Origin: an uncultured delta proteobacterium
GTDB lineage: Bacteria > Desulfobacterota > WTBG01
Direction of reading: 5' to 3'
Length of the DNA: 64,000 bases
Assembly (NCBI GenBank): GCA_963793865.1
Contig: CAWCBP010000001.1
Location: 512,001-576,000 of the forward strand
The stretch's first letter is position 1; each line of letters starts with the position of its first letter. The translations under genes and the position numbers were made by a program. Positions 8,932-19,300 of the stretch are shown piece by piece. The notes under the pieces were generated by a model. That model did not search any database. It was not told where the DNA came from and saw only the letters and a program-made list of their open reading frames with translations.

Positions 8932-9660
8932 ATGGATGCAGGCGTAAAATGGACACCCTATCTGGAAAAAATGAAGGGATTGATTGATTCGCTGCAGCCC
9001 ACCGCGCTTCAGGAGTGGAAGGGGCAGAATCTTGCGCCCGCCCTGGAGTTTGCCAGGGGCCAAGCGCGGGGAGGGTTCAGCGCATACCGCGCTGACAAGC
9101 TGGAAAAAATAGGCATCGGCTCATTTGTCCATGCCGGCAACAGGCACTTTGCCTTCTGCAGCATCATGCCCGGGGAAGCCTATGACCTGCCCCTGTTTCT
9201 CTCGCGTCTCGATGAGGGGCCGGAGGAGGTCATTTTCCTGGTTGATATCATCCCCGCGGTGGACAGCCTGGTGGATGAGGAATACCGCAAGAAGTATATC
9301 GAGTCGGTGCAGCCCCTCTGGGACCGGTTTGCCGCCCTGCCCGGCATCTGTCCCGAGGAAAGCGATGTCATCCGCTCACTCGCCTCCATCATTTACACCG
9401 CGGCCCGGGTTCCCATCGAGAAGGAGGGGATGCGCCTGGCGGCCCTTGCCCCGCACACTGAATATCTCAAGAGCTACCTCGCGTTTCTTCCCGAGGCGGT
9501 GCCGGTTACCGATGAGGCGAAGAAAAAGGAGCTGGCGGCAAAACGCGCGGCGCTGCGCGCAACCCTGCGTGCCCATTTTTTCAAGGAAATGCTGCCGGGT
9601 CCGGCACGGGAAGAACTGGGTGATGGCATGATCGAACTGCTTAATGCTGTCTATTTTTAG
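8932..9660 (+). CDS. ferredoxin-dependent bilin reductase / RCC reductase-like protein, copy 2 (divergent)
   Basis: Paralogue of copy 1 (EKIGIG, YDLPLF, VDIIPAVD...EEYRKKY...PLW...LPG, AVPV.DE); VIRSLAS recalls the RCCR VRS..SP segment; AGGAGG RBS. Confidence 0.65.
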   Translation: MDAGVKWTPYLEKMKGLIDSLQPTALQEWKGQNLAPALEFARGQARGGFSAYRADKLEKIGIGSFVHAGNRHFAFCSIMPGEAYDLPLFLSRLDEGPEEVIFLVDIIPAVDSLVDEEYRKKYIESVQPLWDRFAALPGICPEESDVIRSLASIIYTAARVPIEKEGMRLAALAPHTEYLKSYLAFLPEAVPVTDEAKKKELAAKRAALRATLRAHFFKEMLPGPAREELGDGMIELLNAVYF

Positions 9661-9673
9661 GGAGGGATGAGAC

Positions 9674-10084
9674 ATGTCGGTTATGGAAATGCTTGCGGCA
9701 GGAGCCGATTTTACCAACGCGGATGAAACGGCGCAGGGGATGATGGCTGATTTCAGCGACCACAAGGTGGGCATGAAGCTTGACGCGGACGAGTTCACCC
9801 AGGTGGTAAAAGACGGCAAGCTCTATCTGGAGCAGGGGATCCGCGAGGACTGCCACGTGGTGCTGAAGCTGAAAACGGCCGATCTCTGCAGCGCCATCGA
9901 CAACACCTTCGATCTCATGGAAATCAAGGACAAGGGGGAGCTGTTGAAGGGCGATATGACCGATCCCAACGTTCCCGTCCACCTCATGGCCACCTTTCCC
10001 TTTTTCGATGCCATGGTCCGGCTGTATGAATCCGATCCCCGCTTTAAAAAAATGGTTGATGAGGTTAAGTCTACTTTGGGATGA
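9674..10084 (+). CDS. SCP2 sterol/lipid-binding-domain-like protein
   Basis: 136 aa; VVKDGKLYLEQG...DCHVVLKL...KGELLKGD resembles the SCP2 fold pattern. Confidence 0.5.
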   Translation: MSVMEMLAAGADFTNADETAQGMMADFSDHKVGMKLDADEFTQVVKDGKLYLEQGIREDCHVVLKLKTADLCSAIDNTFDLMEIKDKGELLKGDMTDPNVPVHLMATFPFFDAMVRLYESDPRFKKMVDEVKSTLG

Positions 10085-10096
10085 GGTGCCCTGCAT

Positions 10097-10303
10097 ATGG
10101 TGAAACATCTGGTCGATCTGGAAAAGTGCCGCGGCTGCGGGCAGTGCCTTGAGCAGTGCGGACTGGAACTGTGGGTTCTGGTGGAAACACCGGACGGAAA
10201 GAAAAAAGCCAAGGCAATCGAAGAGGCGGGCATGATCTGCCACTGCTGTCTTTCCTGCCAGGACGCCTGCCCGGAAAAAGCGATCACCATTCTTGACGAG
10301 TAA
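10097..10303 (+). CDS. ferredoxin (2x[4Fe-4S] type)
   Basis: CRGCGQCLEQC and CHCCLSCQDACP; GAGG RBS. Confidence 0.88.
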   Translation: MVKHLVDLEKCRGCGQCLEQCGLELWVLVETPDGKKKAKAIEEAGMICHCCLSCQDACPEKAITILDE

Positions 10304-10380
10304 CGGGCCGGTGGCCGCTCATGAGCGTGTGAGCATCGGCGCAACCTGATTGTAATGATGAATGATGAGAAGGAGTAAAG

Positions 10381-11729
10381 ATGCCCAGGGAATATGATCT
10401 GGTGGTGGTCGGCGCGGGGCCTGCCGGTTTGATGGCCGCCAAAACAGCAGCCGAACACGGGCTGAGCGTGGCCCTGATCGAGCGGAAAGAGCACATTACT
10501 GATATCAACCGTGCCTGCAGCATGATGGTGGTGACCCTGACCGGGAAATATCTGGAGGAGCGGGTACGCTTAAACAGCCGGGACAGGAAGCTTTGCTTCC
10601 CGGGATACGGTTTTACCGTCAACTATGACGGCCCCCACCGTGACTTTTACACCTGGGCCATATACTCCCACCGGGGCAACAAAATTCAGCTCGGCAACTA
10701 TGAAGAGAACGAGCGCAAGGGCGAGAGCGGCAGGGTGAGCGCGACGTACGATAAGGGGGCGCTGCTGCGCTGCCTCCTGGAGGAGGCCCGCGCCCTGAAG
10801 GTTGATGTCTACAACCCGTATAATGTAATCCGGACCGATCTGCAGGGAGGCAGGGTGACGGTTTTCACCCGCGAGGGAAGATCCTTCAGGGGCACCTTCG
10901 TCATCGCCGCCGACGGTCGCGCCTCCAGAATAGCCCACACCCTGGGCTGCAACCGGGATCGGAAGTATTTCGGCACTGCGGTGACCCTGGGGTATGAAAT
11001 GGTGGGGGTAAAGCCGCCGGAAAAATTTGCCCTCTTCCAGATATTTCTCGACGAGACACCTTCCAAGCGGGTGTGGATGACGCCGCGGACGACGAAGGAC
11101 ACCTACTTCGTCATGACCACCTCGCTCACCCCCGGCGCAGACCTCGCGGGCGCCTTTGAGCGGTTTTCGAAAAAGGGTTTTTTCGCGCTCCTGGTTCGAA
11201 AAGGCAGAGATAAAGCGCACCCTGACTTCCGCGGGCAACGCGCTCTCACACATAGTCGATCCCTACAAGGACCAGGTGCTGCTTGTCTCCGACGCGGTGT
11301 GGTGCCAGGAGGCGGAGATGACCGGGGCGGTCATCAGCGGCTGGAAGGCGGCCAGCTGCCGTCAGCTTCGCCCTGGCCGATGGAAAGATATCGCGGGAAG
11401 GGGTTTCATCCTACCTCCGCTGGTGGAAAGAAGAGGTGCTGGATAAATACGATTACCGGAGCATGATGCGCAATGCCGTGCTTCCCCTCCGGCTCACCCC
11501 TGACGAGATTGACTTCGTGCTGAGCCTGGTTAAAAAATCACTGCCCAGCATCCTTGATCCTTATGAGACCCCCAAGCTGGTCGGCGGCGCCCTGGCGGAG
11601 ATAATGCCGGCCGTTGCCAAACAGCGGCCCGCCATTCATCAGAAGCTTGCAGGGATGCGCAATGTGCCGCTGGCCGCCGTTTTTGACGGATGCATCAGGG
11701 CGGGCTTCCCCATGCAGGCCCGCGGCTAG
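10381..11729 (+). CDS. geranylgeranyl reductase/FixC-family flavoprotein, paralogue of 5289-6587 (frameshifts near 11188 and 11356)
   Basis: YDLVVVGAGPAG, VIAADG; the fragments give a collinear continuation DPYKDQVLLVSDA...YLRWWKEE...EIDFVLSL. Confidence 0.8.
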
Positions 11730-11825
11730 CCGCCCCACTGCGGCGATAATCCGGGACGAGCAGTCAGCGGGGTGCAGCACAATGCCTGCCACACCCCGCC
11801 TTTCATTTTCCCCGCCCTTTCCACA

Positions 11826-13557
11826 ATGATGCGCAATGAGCATGACTCCTCCGCTGAAAAGAAAAAAATAATTCCGGCACGGCTGCCGGAGGGAATGTAC
11901 CAGGCATTGGAAGCATGTCGTTGGCAAGGAGTGGATTTCCCGCGACCGGGCGGTTCTGGAAACCTACAGCAAGCTCTCGCTCGACGCGGAAGGGTTTTTA
12001 AAGAAGCACGCCCGGAACGGCTCAAGCATTCCCGCCTGCGTGGTGCTGCCGGGCGGCACCGATGAAGTGCGGTCCGTGGTGAGGATCGCCCGGCGATACC
12101 GGGTTCCCGTCATACCCTTCACCAACGGCCAGATGATGAGCGCCCCCACCTTTCCCGTTCCCATGCTCTGCATTCACCTGAGCCGGATGAACCGGGTGCT
12201 GGCCATCGATGAGCAGCTCATGACGGCCACGCTTGAACCCTATGCGGACTACGGGCAGCTTCTGGCCGAGGCTGCAAAAGTGGGGCTCTGGAATGGAGGG
12301 ACGCCGCTGGCAACCACCCTGTGCAAGCTTTCGTCCCAGGTGGCCTTTGCGGGCATCTGGCAGACCAGCAAGAAATACGGCCTGCTGGACAGAAACATCG
12401 TGGACATAAAGCTGGTGCTGCCCACGGGTGAAATCATGAGCACCGGTTCCCCCGCGGTTGCGGGCGTTGACCGCGTATGGGAGAGCGGACCGGGCCCTGA
12501 CCTCACCGGGGTGGTGCGCGCCAGCGCCGGGACCACCGGCATCATTACCGAGGTGACCGTCAAGCTGCACACCTGGGTCGGCGGGGAGCTGATGCCGGAA
12601 CCGCGGGCGGGAAGGCCCTGCATTCCCTGCTATGCCGATGAGCGCTACGACCATGCCCCCGCGCCGCCCCGGCACCGCATCCACTGGATAGAGTTTCCCG
12701 ACTGCGAATCCGAAATCAGGGCATACCGGGCCATCGCCCACGCGGGCATCGGCATCGGGCTCAATGCCTCGGGGGTGTATTCCTCCTATTACTGCTCCCC
12801 AACCCAGAAAATGACCGAGGAGCGGGCGACGGGCAATTTTTTCCCCGCCTTCAACCTCTATGTCATCTGCGCGGGCATCGTATCAGAGGGCCAGCTGGCC
12901 TATGAGGAAAAGGTGCTCAGGGAGATAGCGGAAGAGCAGGGCGGCAGGTTTCTCTCCCGCGACCATAAGCCGGAGGTGCTGCAGGCGCTCGCCCCGTGGA
13001 ACCTGGACTGCATCAGGAATGTCTGCGGCTATCGCATGAACCGGCGCATGTACGCGGGCGGGAGCCTTCCCGCGGGTCCGCCCGAGGTGGCCCTCTATCA
13101 CAGCCGGCTCTGGCGTGAAGTGCTCGAGCGCTTCGGTGAGACGCACGTCACCGACCGCGGAGGGGCGGAAACGACCCCCTTTGTGTACGGCATAGAGCCG
13201 GCGGGGCGCTACACCCTCTCGGAGACGGATATCTACCCGGATCCGATGGACCCTCATTCGCTGGAACAATGCGTCGCCATTACCATGTACAGCGCGGTTA
13301 AAAATGGCGCCGAGCGGCACTGCGCGCCCTTCGGCTTCGGCGGTCCGGCTGAACCATTGGTCACCTTTTTCCCCGAGCAGGGTCCCAATGTCCATCTCCT
13401 GCTGAGAAAATTAAGAAAGGTCTTTGACCCACAGGGCATCTGCAGCCCCGGCAGGCAGGTGCTTACCGAGGAAGAGCTCAAGGAATATCCGGCGGAGGCG
13501 GTTGCCAGACTGAATGAACTGCGGAAGTTTTTTAACATGGGCACGATTGAAAGGTAA
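11826..13557 (+). CDS. FAD-binding oxidoreductase (PCMH/VAO/GlcD-like), paralogue of 15348-17060 (frameshift near 11916)
   Basis: N-terminus YQALEA|VVGKEWISRDRAVLETYS matches the paralogue; VLPGGTDEV, VLPTGEI, GPDL, GTTGIITE, FDPQGICSPGR. Confidence 0.82.
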
Positions 13558-13696
13558 ATCCGAAGCACGAAATCCCTGAGATATGGGATATGCGATTTGT
13601 GATATGGGCTGAAAAATATTTTTTAATCCCAAATCACAGATCTCACATCACACATCAGTATGTAGTTTCGGATTTCGATATTCGGATTTCGGATTT
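13556..13696. repeat. nested inverted arrays of heptamer repeats
   Basis: Outer AAATCCG-type units (13556-13576) mirror CGGATTT units (13669-13696); inner TGNGATW units (13577-13611) mirror NATCNCA units (13625-13657) around AAAAATATTTTT. Confidence 0.75.
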
Positions 13697-13844
13697 GAGT
13701 ATCGGGGGTTGCCCAGCCTGCTGTTGAATTACGTGTTACGGGACTCACATGACCAAGCCTGAAAACTGCCTCCTATTAGTGCTTGACTAATGAGGGCTGA
13801 TTCACTATAGATACCCAATCGGAATACATCAAGGAGAACCGTAT

Positions 13845-15317
13845 ATGGCGCTGACACGGAAACAGCTGGTGGATATTTTTGGCGATAAGCGGGTTATGGA
13901 CGATGCCGCAACGCTTGAGGCATATTCCCATGATCAGTCCTTTGCGCCGAAACGCATGCCTGATTTTGTGGTGTTCCCCGGGACGGTCGAGGAAGTGCAG
14001 CGGGTGGTGAGGCTGGCCAATGAGACCCGGACCCCGCTCATTCCCTACAGCTCGGGATTGAATTTTCATGGCGCGGCCCTCCCCGACCACGGCGGGATAA
14101 TCGTCAACCTTTCGCGCATGAACAGGATCATTCAGATCGATGAAGAGAACTGGTCCGCGGTAATTGAACCGGGGGTTACCTATGCGCAGCTCCAGGCCGC
14201 CCTGATGGAAAAGGGATTCCGGGTGATGATTCCATTCGGCGTGCCCCCCGGGCGTTCCGTGCTTACCAGCTTCCTGGAACGGGATCCGGTCATGGCGGCG
14301 CCCAGCTTTGAATCGGGCAATTTTCTCATCATGGACACCGAGATGGTGCTTCCCGACGGCGAGCTGTTTAAAACCGGCACATGGTGCGCGGGGGGCGCTC
14401 CGGGAGGACCGCTGGGCCCGGTGAGAAACGTCATCTTCCGCCTCTGGACCGGCGCTCAGGGCACACTCGGCATCATGACCAAGATGAATGTCAAGATTGA
14501 GCCTTTTATCAAGGAACGGAAGATGTATTTCTTAAGCTTCAACGCGCTGGCTGATGCACGTGAGCCTTTGAAAAGGATACAGCGGAGGGAAATCGGCCTG
14601 GAGTGCTTTCTCCTGAACCGGTTTAACCTGGCTTCCCTCGTGAGCCATGAGTGGGCGGTGCCGGATACATTCCCCGCCGCACCCAAACCTTCCGAGAGCT
14701 TTGAACGATACCGGGGCATTCTCCCGGCCTGGGTGCTGGCACTCTGTATTATCGGTGCGCCCAGACATCCCGAGGAAAAGATTGCCTATGAGACAGAGGC
14801 ATTACAAGAGGTGTGTCACGGTCTTAATGTCGAAGTTAAAGAAACCATTCCCCAGGTGAGCGGGTTGAGCCGGCTGATGCTCAACGAGATTCTTTATCCC
14901 TGGGGTATTCTCAAGAAATTCAATTACCGGGGATCGGTGCACAGCCTGAGCTTTAAATGCTCGCTGGGGTCGCTGGCGGAGATGGAAGAGATTGTGCGGA
15001 ACGAGTGCGAAGCGGCCGGTTACAGCGTATCTGCTTTCGGCGGTTACCTGCTCCCGCTGGAACGGGGCAGGGCGGTGCACTGTGAGTTTGACCTCCACTG
15101 TGACCTGAAGAATGATCCGGAAGCCCGGAACGTTAAGAACCTCTGGACCGGGACCGCGCAGACACTGATCAACCACGGGGCATATTTTGACCGTCCTTAC
15201 GGGCCGTGGGCGGAAATGATCTATGGGCGGGCGGGTGAGTATACCACCAAGCTTCGGCAGATCAAGCAGGAGCTTGATCCCAACGGCATTCTCAACCCCG
15301 GAAAATTGTGCTTCTAA
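13845..15317 (+). CDS. FAD-binding oxidoreductase (PCMH/VAO/GlcD-like)
   Basis: PDFVVFPGTVEEV, NLSRMNRII, IEPGVTY, VLPDGE, GAQGTLGIMT, LDPNGILNPGK. Confidence 0.88.
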   Translation: MALTRKQLVDIFGDKRVMDDAATLEAYSHDQSFAPKRMPDFVVFPGTVEEVQRVVRLANETRTPLIPYSSGLNFHGAALPDHGGIIVNLSRMNRIIQIDEENWSAVIEPGVTYAQLQAALMEKGFRVMIPFGVPPGRSVLTSFLERDPVMAAPSFESGNFLIMDTEMVLPDGELFKTGTWCAGGAPGGPLGPVRNVIFRLWTGAQGTLGIMTKMNVKIEPFIKERKMYFLSFNALADAREPLKRIQRREIGLECFLLNRFNLASLVSHEWAVPDTFPAAPKPSESFERYRGILPAWVLALCIIGAPRHPEEKIAYETEALQEVCHGLNVEVKETIPQVSGLSRLMLNEILYPWGILKKFNYRGSVHSLSFKCSLGSLAEMEEIVRNECEAAGYSVSAFGGYLLPLERGRAVHCEFDLHCDLKNDPEARNVKNLWTGTAQTLINHGAYFDRPYGPWAEMIYGRAGEYTTKLRQIKQELDPNGILNPGKLCF

Positions 15318-15347
15318 ATTCTGAAGGCTTGTAAGAAAGGATGATCT

Positions 15348-17060
15348 ATGTCAGAGCCCAAAGCAAAGGTAATCCCCAACAGGGTTTCACGGGAAGTCTT
15401 CCAGGCGCTGCAGGATGTGGTGGGCCCCGAGTGGATTTCGGAAGACCGTGCGGTTATTGAAACCTACAGCCGCTTTTCGGTGGACACCGGCGGCGTTTTG
15501 AGAAAGCACCAGCGGGACGCCACGATGATCCCCGCATGCATTGTCCTGCCGGGATCGACCGAAGAGGTGCAGGCGATCATGCGCATCGCCAACCGCTTCG
15601 GGGTTCAGGTCATTCCCTTTACCAACGGGATGATCGCTTTCAACGGGCCGACCACACCGCTTCCCACTATTTGTGTTCACGTGAGCAGGCTGAACCGCGT
15701 GCATATAGACGAGGAAAATCTCACCGCCACCCTGGAGGCTTATGGTGACTACGGACAGCTGCAGGCGGAAGCGATGAAGCGGGGTCTCTGGAACGGAGGA
15801 ACACCCCTCGCCACCACCCTCTGCAAATTATCCTCCCAGTCGGCATTCGCCGGCATCTGGCAGACCGATCTTAAGTACGGAACGCTCACCAGGAACATCG
15901 TGAGCATCAAGGTGGTGCTTCCTACCGGCGATATCCTGATAACCGGGTCGGACACCGTTTCAGGCACCAACTGTCTCTGGGAATACGGGCCCGGCCCGGA
16001 CCTGCTGAGCCTGGTGAGAGGCGGAGCGGGCACGACCGGCATTATCACCGAAATAAAAGTCAAGCTTCATTCCTGGACGGGGGGTGTCGAGCTGCCTGAA
16101 CCGCCTGCCGGCCGCCCCTCCATTCCCGACTACCATGATCCCCGATACGACACCGCCCCCCCTCCTGACCGGGTAAAGCTCCTCTGGGTTGAATTTCCCG
16201 ACTACGATTCGGAGGTCAAGGCGCTCCACGCGGTTGCCCAGTCGGGCATCGGCATGGGGCTTAATGCCACCGGGGTCTACAACTCATACTACTGCTCCCA
16301 GACCCAGGCCATGACCATGGAGAGGATTGCCGACAAGTTTTTCCCCCCATTCAACCTCTATGTGATCCTCTACGGCGTTACCTCGAAGGCGCAGATGGAG
16401 TACGAGGAGAAGGTGTTTCGCGAGATCATGGCGGAGCACAACGCCACTTTCCTCACCCCGGAGCACAAGGGGGATGTGCTGTACGCGCTCGCGCCCTGGA
16501 ACCTGGACTGCATCAGGCATGTGACCGGCTTCCGGATGAACCGCTTTTTTTACGGGGGTTCCGTCGTCCCCGGGGGATTGCTCAAGGACACCGCCTATAA
16601 AACAAGGGAAATCTGGGGGCGTACCGTTAACACCATGGGGGAAACCTTCATTACCGACCGGGGCGGCATCGATGACACGCCCTTTCTTTACGCAATCGAA
16701 CGGGGAAGCAGACACTGGCTGTCGGAGGCGGATGTGTATCCTGATCCGCTTGACCCGGAGAAGCTCAACCGGGCGCGGGGTCTCACCGTTGCCGCGGTGG
16801 CTGATTTTGTCTCGCAGAAATACCCTGCCATCGGAATCGGCGTGGCCATTGAACCGCTGACCACTTTTTTCCCCGAACACGGGCCCAATGTGCACCTGCT
16901 CTTCAGAAAACTGAGAAGGATTTTTGATCCCGGCAGCATTTGCGCGCCCGGCAGGCAGGTGTTCAGCGAGGAAGAGATGAAGGCTTTGCCGCAGGAGATG
17001 ATTGACGGCATTAACGGACTGCGCGCCCATTACAAAATGCCTCCGGTGGAGAGGAAGTAG
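15348..17060 (+). CDS. FAD-binding oxidoreductase (PCMH/VAO/GlcD-like)
   Basis: PACIVLPGSTEEV, VLPTGDIL, GPGPDL, GTTGIITE, FDPGSICAPGR. Confidence 0.88.
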   Translation: MSEPKAKVIPNRVSREVFQALQDVVGPEWISEDRAVIETYSRFSVDTGGVLRKHQRDATMIPACIVLPGSTEEVQAIMRIANRFGVQVIPFTNGMIAFNGPTTPLPTICVHVSRLNRVHIDEENLTATLEAYGDYGQLQAEAMKRGLWNGGTPLATTLCKLSSQSAFAGIWQTDLKYGTLTRNIVSIKVVLPTGDILITGSDTVSGTNCLWEYGPGPDLLSLVRGGAGTTGIITEIKVKLHSWTGGVELPEPPAGRPSIPDYHDPRYDTAPPPDRVKLLWVEFPDYDSEVKALHAVAQSGIGMGLNATGVYNSYYCSQTQAMTMERIADKFFPPFNLYVILYGVTSKAQMEYEEKVFREIMAEHNATFLTPEHKGDVLYALAPWNLDCIRHVTGFRMNRFFYGGSVVPGGLLKDTAYKTREIWGRTVNTMGETFITDRGGIDDTPFLYAIERGSRHWLSEADVYPDPLDPEKLNRARGLTVAAVADFVSQKYPAIGIGVAIEPLTTFFPEHGPNVHLLFRKLRRIFDPGSICAPGRQVFSEEEMKALPQEMIDGINGLRAHYKMPPVERK

Positions 17061-17067
17061 CAGAGTA

Positions 17068-17095
17068 CGGATTGCAGATTTCGGAATGCGGATTT
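17068..17095 (+). repeat. four CGGATTT-like heptamer repeats
   Basis: CGGATTG CAGATTT CGGAATG CGGATTT just after the stop codon. Confidence 0.6.
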
Positions 17096-17207
17096 TTGTC
17101 CTGTTGTAATTTGATGTTGCGTGATTCGTTTTTCGAGCATTTGAAATGCGGATGCTGAAGTCGTTTCAACCCGATGTTATCGAGCTGTTGCATGATTTCT
17201 TGTAAAG

Positions 17208-17248
17208 AATAAATTACAAAACAAGTTTTTTGTAAATTATTATTGACA
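17208..17248 (+). promoter_or_regulatory. inverted-repeat operator next to a TTGACA -35
   Basis: AATAAATTACAAAA-N6-TTTTGTAAATTATT (one mismatch), immediately followed by TTGACA at 17243, upstream of the XRE regulator. Confidence 0.5.
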
Positions 17249-17334
17249 GGAATAAAAGGCGGTGATAAGAACCCTCCTGATATGCTAATAAAAAGATAAC
17301 AAGCTAAGTTATTTTAAGATATTTTATAGCGCCC

Positions 17335-17910
17335 GTGGAAATAGATATAGGGTCTAAATTATTACGGTTGAGGAAGGAGCAGGGACAATCCCTACGGGCA
17401 TTGTCGACGCTGAGCGGCATCTCTGCTAATGCCATCAGCCTTATAGAGAGAAATAAAATCTCACCTACCATTTCCACCCTGACAAAATTGATTGTCACCC
17501 TCAATTCCAATCTTACCTTTTTATTCGAAAATCACAATACCAAGAATGCCATTTATTTGAAGCATAACAGCAATCCGCAGATAGTATCAAGGAACTCCAA
17601 GGTAAAGCTTGCAAGTCTCGGTAACGGTTTGCCCAATCAGAAAATAGAACCGGTAATCGCTACCTTTGATAAGGGAGCTAAAAGTGGAAGCAAAACCATT
17701 ACCCATCAGGGGAATGAGCTGGTTTATTGCCTTGAGGGCAGGATTAGATTTGAAGTTGATGGGCAGCACTATCTCCTGGAACCCGGTGACAGCCTTTTCT
17801 TTAACGGTACAAAACCCCACTGCTGGGAGAATGCAAGCAAAGGCAAATCAAGGGTATTGGCGGTCATGGCAACCAAACATTGGCTGCAAAAGGAGACTGC
17901 TGCCGGATAA
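17335..17910 (+). CDS. XRE-family HTH-cupin transcriptional regulator
   Basis: IGSKLLRLRKEQGQSLRALS...SLIERNKISPTISTL HTH plus HQGNELVYCLEG...GDSLFF...PHCWEN cupin. Confidence 0.9.
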   Translation: MEIDIGSKLLRLRKEQGQSLRALSTLSGISANAISLIERNKISPTISTLTKLIVTLNSNLTFLFENHNTKNAIYLKHNSNPQIVSRNSKVKLASLGNGLPNQKIEPVIATFDKGAKSGSKTITHQGNELVYCLEGRIRFEVDGQHYLLEPGDSLFFNGTKPHCWENASKGKSRVLAVMATKHWLQKETAAG

Positions 17911-18113
17911 ACGCGACTGCACCGGTCATGCGCTCTTGCCTGAAAGGGCCTTAAACGCATGGGCTGTGTACATCGCGGGCCGGCAATTCCATTCTGCGTG
18001 ACCAATAAAACCTTGCAAGGGAACTTCTTGATACGCAACGATGCAATATTACTTTTAATCATTGCAGATAACCAAAGCCAGTAATCCAGTTTATACTATC
18101 CGGAGGATCCAGT

Positions 18114-19239
18114 ATGATTAACAATTATAAATTTTTTGTTATACTAGTCGTCTGCGCTTTGTTACCTTCAACACTCGGCTGCAAGCAGAAGAAGTCAACC
18201 TTTAAGGTTCCTCACATACCTTCCATTATCGGGGAAAATCTTACCAAGGTGGTCGCGTTTGATGAAGACAACATCCTCATAGCCGGTGACTACAGCTATC
18301 TGGCCACTACCGGCCAGGGCAGCCAGATCAGGTATGAAAACAGCAAAAAGGACTTCTGGACGGTTCAGAACACCGGCCTGTCGGGAGAGCTTATCTGCGA
18401 TATCAGTTTCCCCGACCGGCAGAACGGCTGGGCGGTGGGCATTCTGGGCAACGTCATACACACCTCGGACGGGGGTAAGACCTGGGAGCGGCAGGCAAGC
18501 GGCACCAAAAGGCATCTGTTTACCGTCCACTTTCCCGACAGCAACAACGGCTGGGCGGCGGGCGATGTGATGACCGTCATCCATACCGCTGACGGCGGAA
18601 AGACCTGGGAGCCCCAAACCGTGCAGCAGAGCACCGATGAGAATGTCTTTGCGGCGGAGGTAATTTACAACGGGGTATTCTTTCATGATGCCAATGAAGG
18701 GTGGCTGGTCGGGGAGTTCGGTTCCATCTATCACACCATGGATGGCGGCAAGAACTGGGAAAACCGTCCCTGTGAGGCTTTGGCGCCAAAGATGGCTGAG
18801 GATGAATGGGAGCTGCCGAAGCTGACCCTCTTTGACATCCGTTTTGCCGACAGGCAGCGGGGCTTCATTTTAGGTGTTGACGGGACCCTGCTTAAAACAG
18901 ACGATGGCGGCAAGGAGTGGAAAAAAATTGACAGCGCCTCCACCAACTCCCTCTTTTCCATCGCCATGGTAGGAGACAAGTGCTGGGCGGTGGGTGACCG
19001 GGGGGCCTACATCATGTCCGGCGACGGCGGAAACACCTGGACCAAGCAATGATGACGCCATTCACACCAAGGGCTGGCTTACGTCGGTTGCGTTTGTGAA
19101 TGAAACCGTGGGCTGGGTGGTTGGGAAGTCAGGAGCGGTCTTTAAAACCATTGACGGGGGCAAGACATTTGAATGGCTCTCGGGTGTCTCCTATGACTGG
19201 CCGGAATTTAAACCGCCCAAGGAGCTGGTTGGCGAGTAG
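18114..19239 (+). CDS. YCF48-related (BNR/Asp-box) lipoprotein (frameshift near 19049)
   Basis: Lipobox TLGC; repeated GWAVG...T.DGGKTW; the continuation WVVGKSG...TIDGGKTF lies in the next frame. Confidence 0.88.
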
Positions 19240-19300
19240 TTACTGTACCGTTACCGGTTAGGGTATTGTTGCCTGATTATTATTTAATAAGGGGAAGCTC

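Noticed and set aside
8151..11729. Photosynthesis or phycobilin biosynthesis cluster
   Set aside because: No heme oxygenase, phycobiliprotein, bch/chl or reaction-centre genes. The YCF48-like and GGR-like hits belong to broad families.
13556..13696. CRISPR array
   Set aside because: 7-nt units without unique spacers, and no cas genes.
19050..19052. Selenocysteine or readthrough at premature TGA codons (also 42287, 56345, 57345, 61916)
   Set aside because: Homology resumes in a different frame, so these are frameshifts. The porin ORF has no in-frame TGA either.
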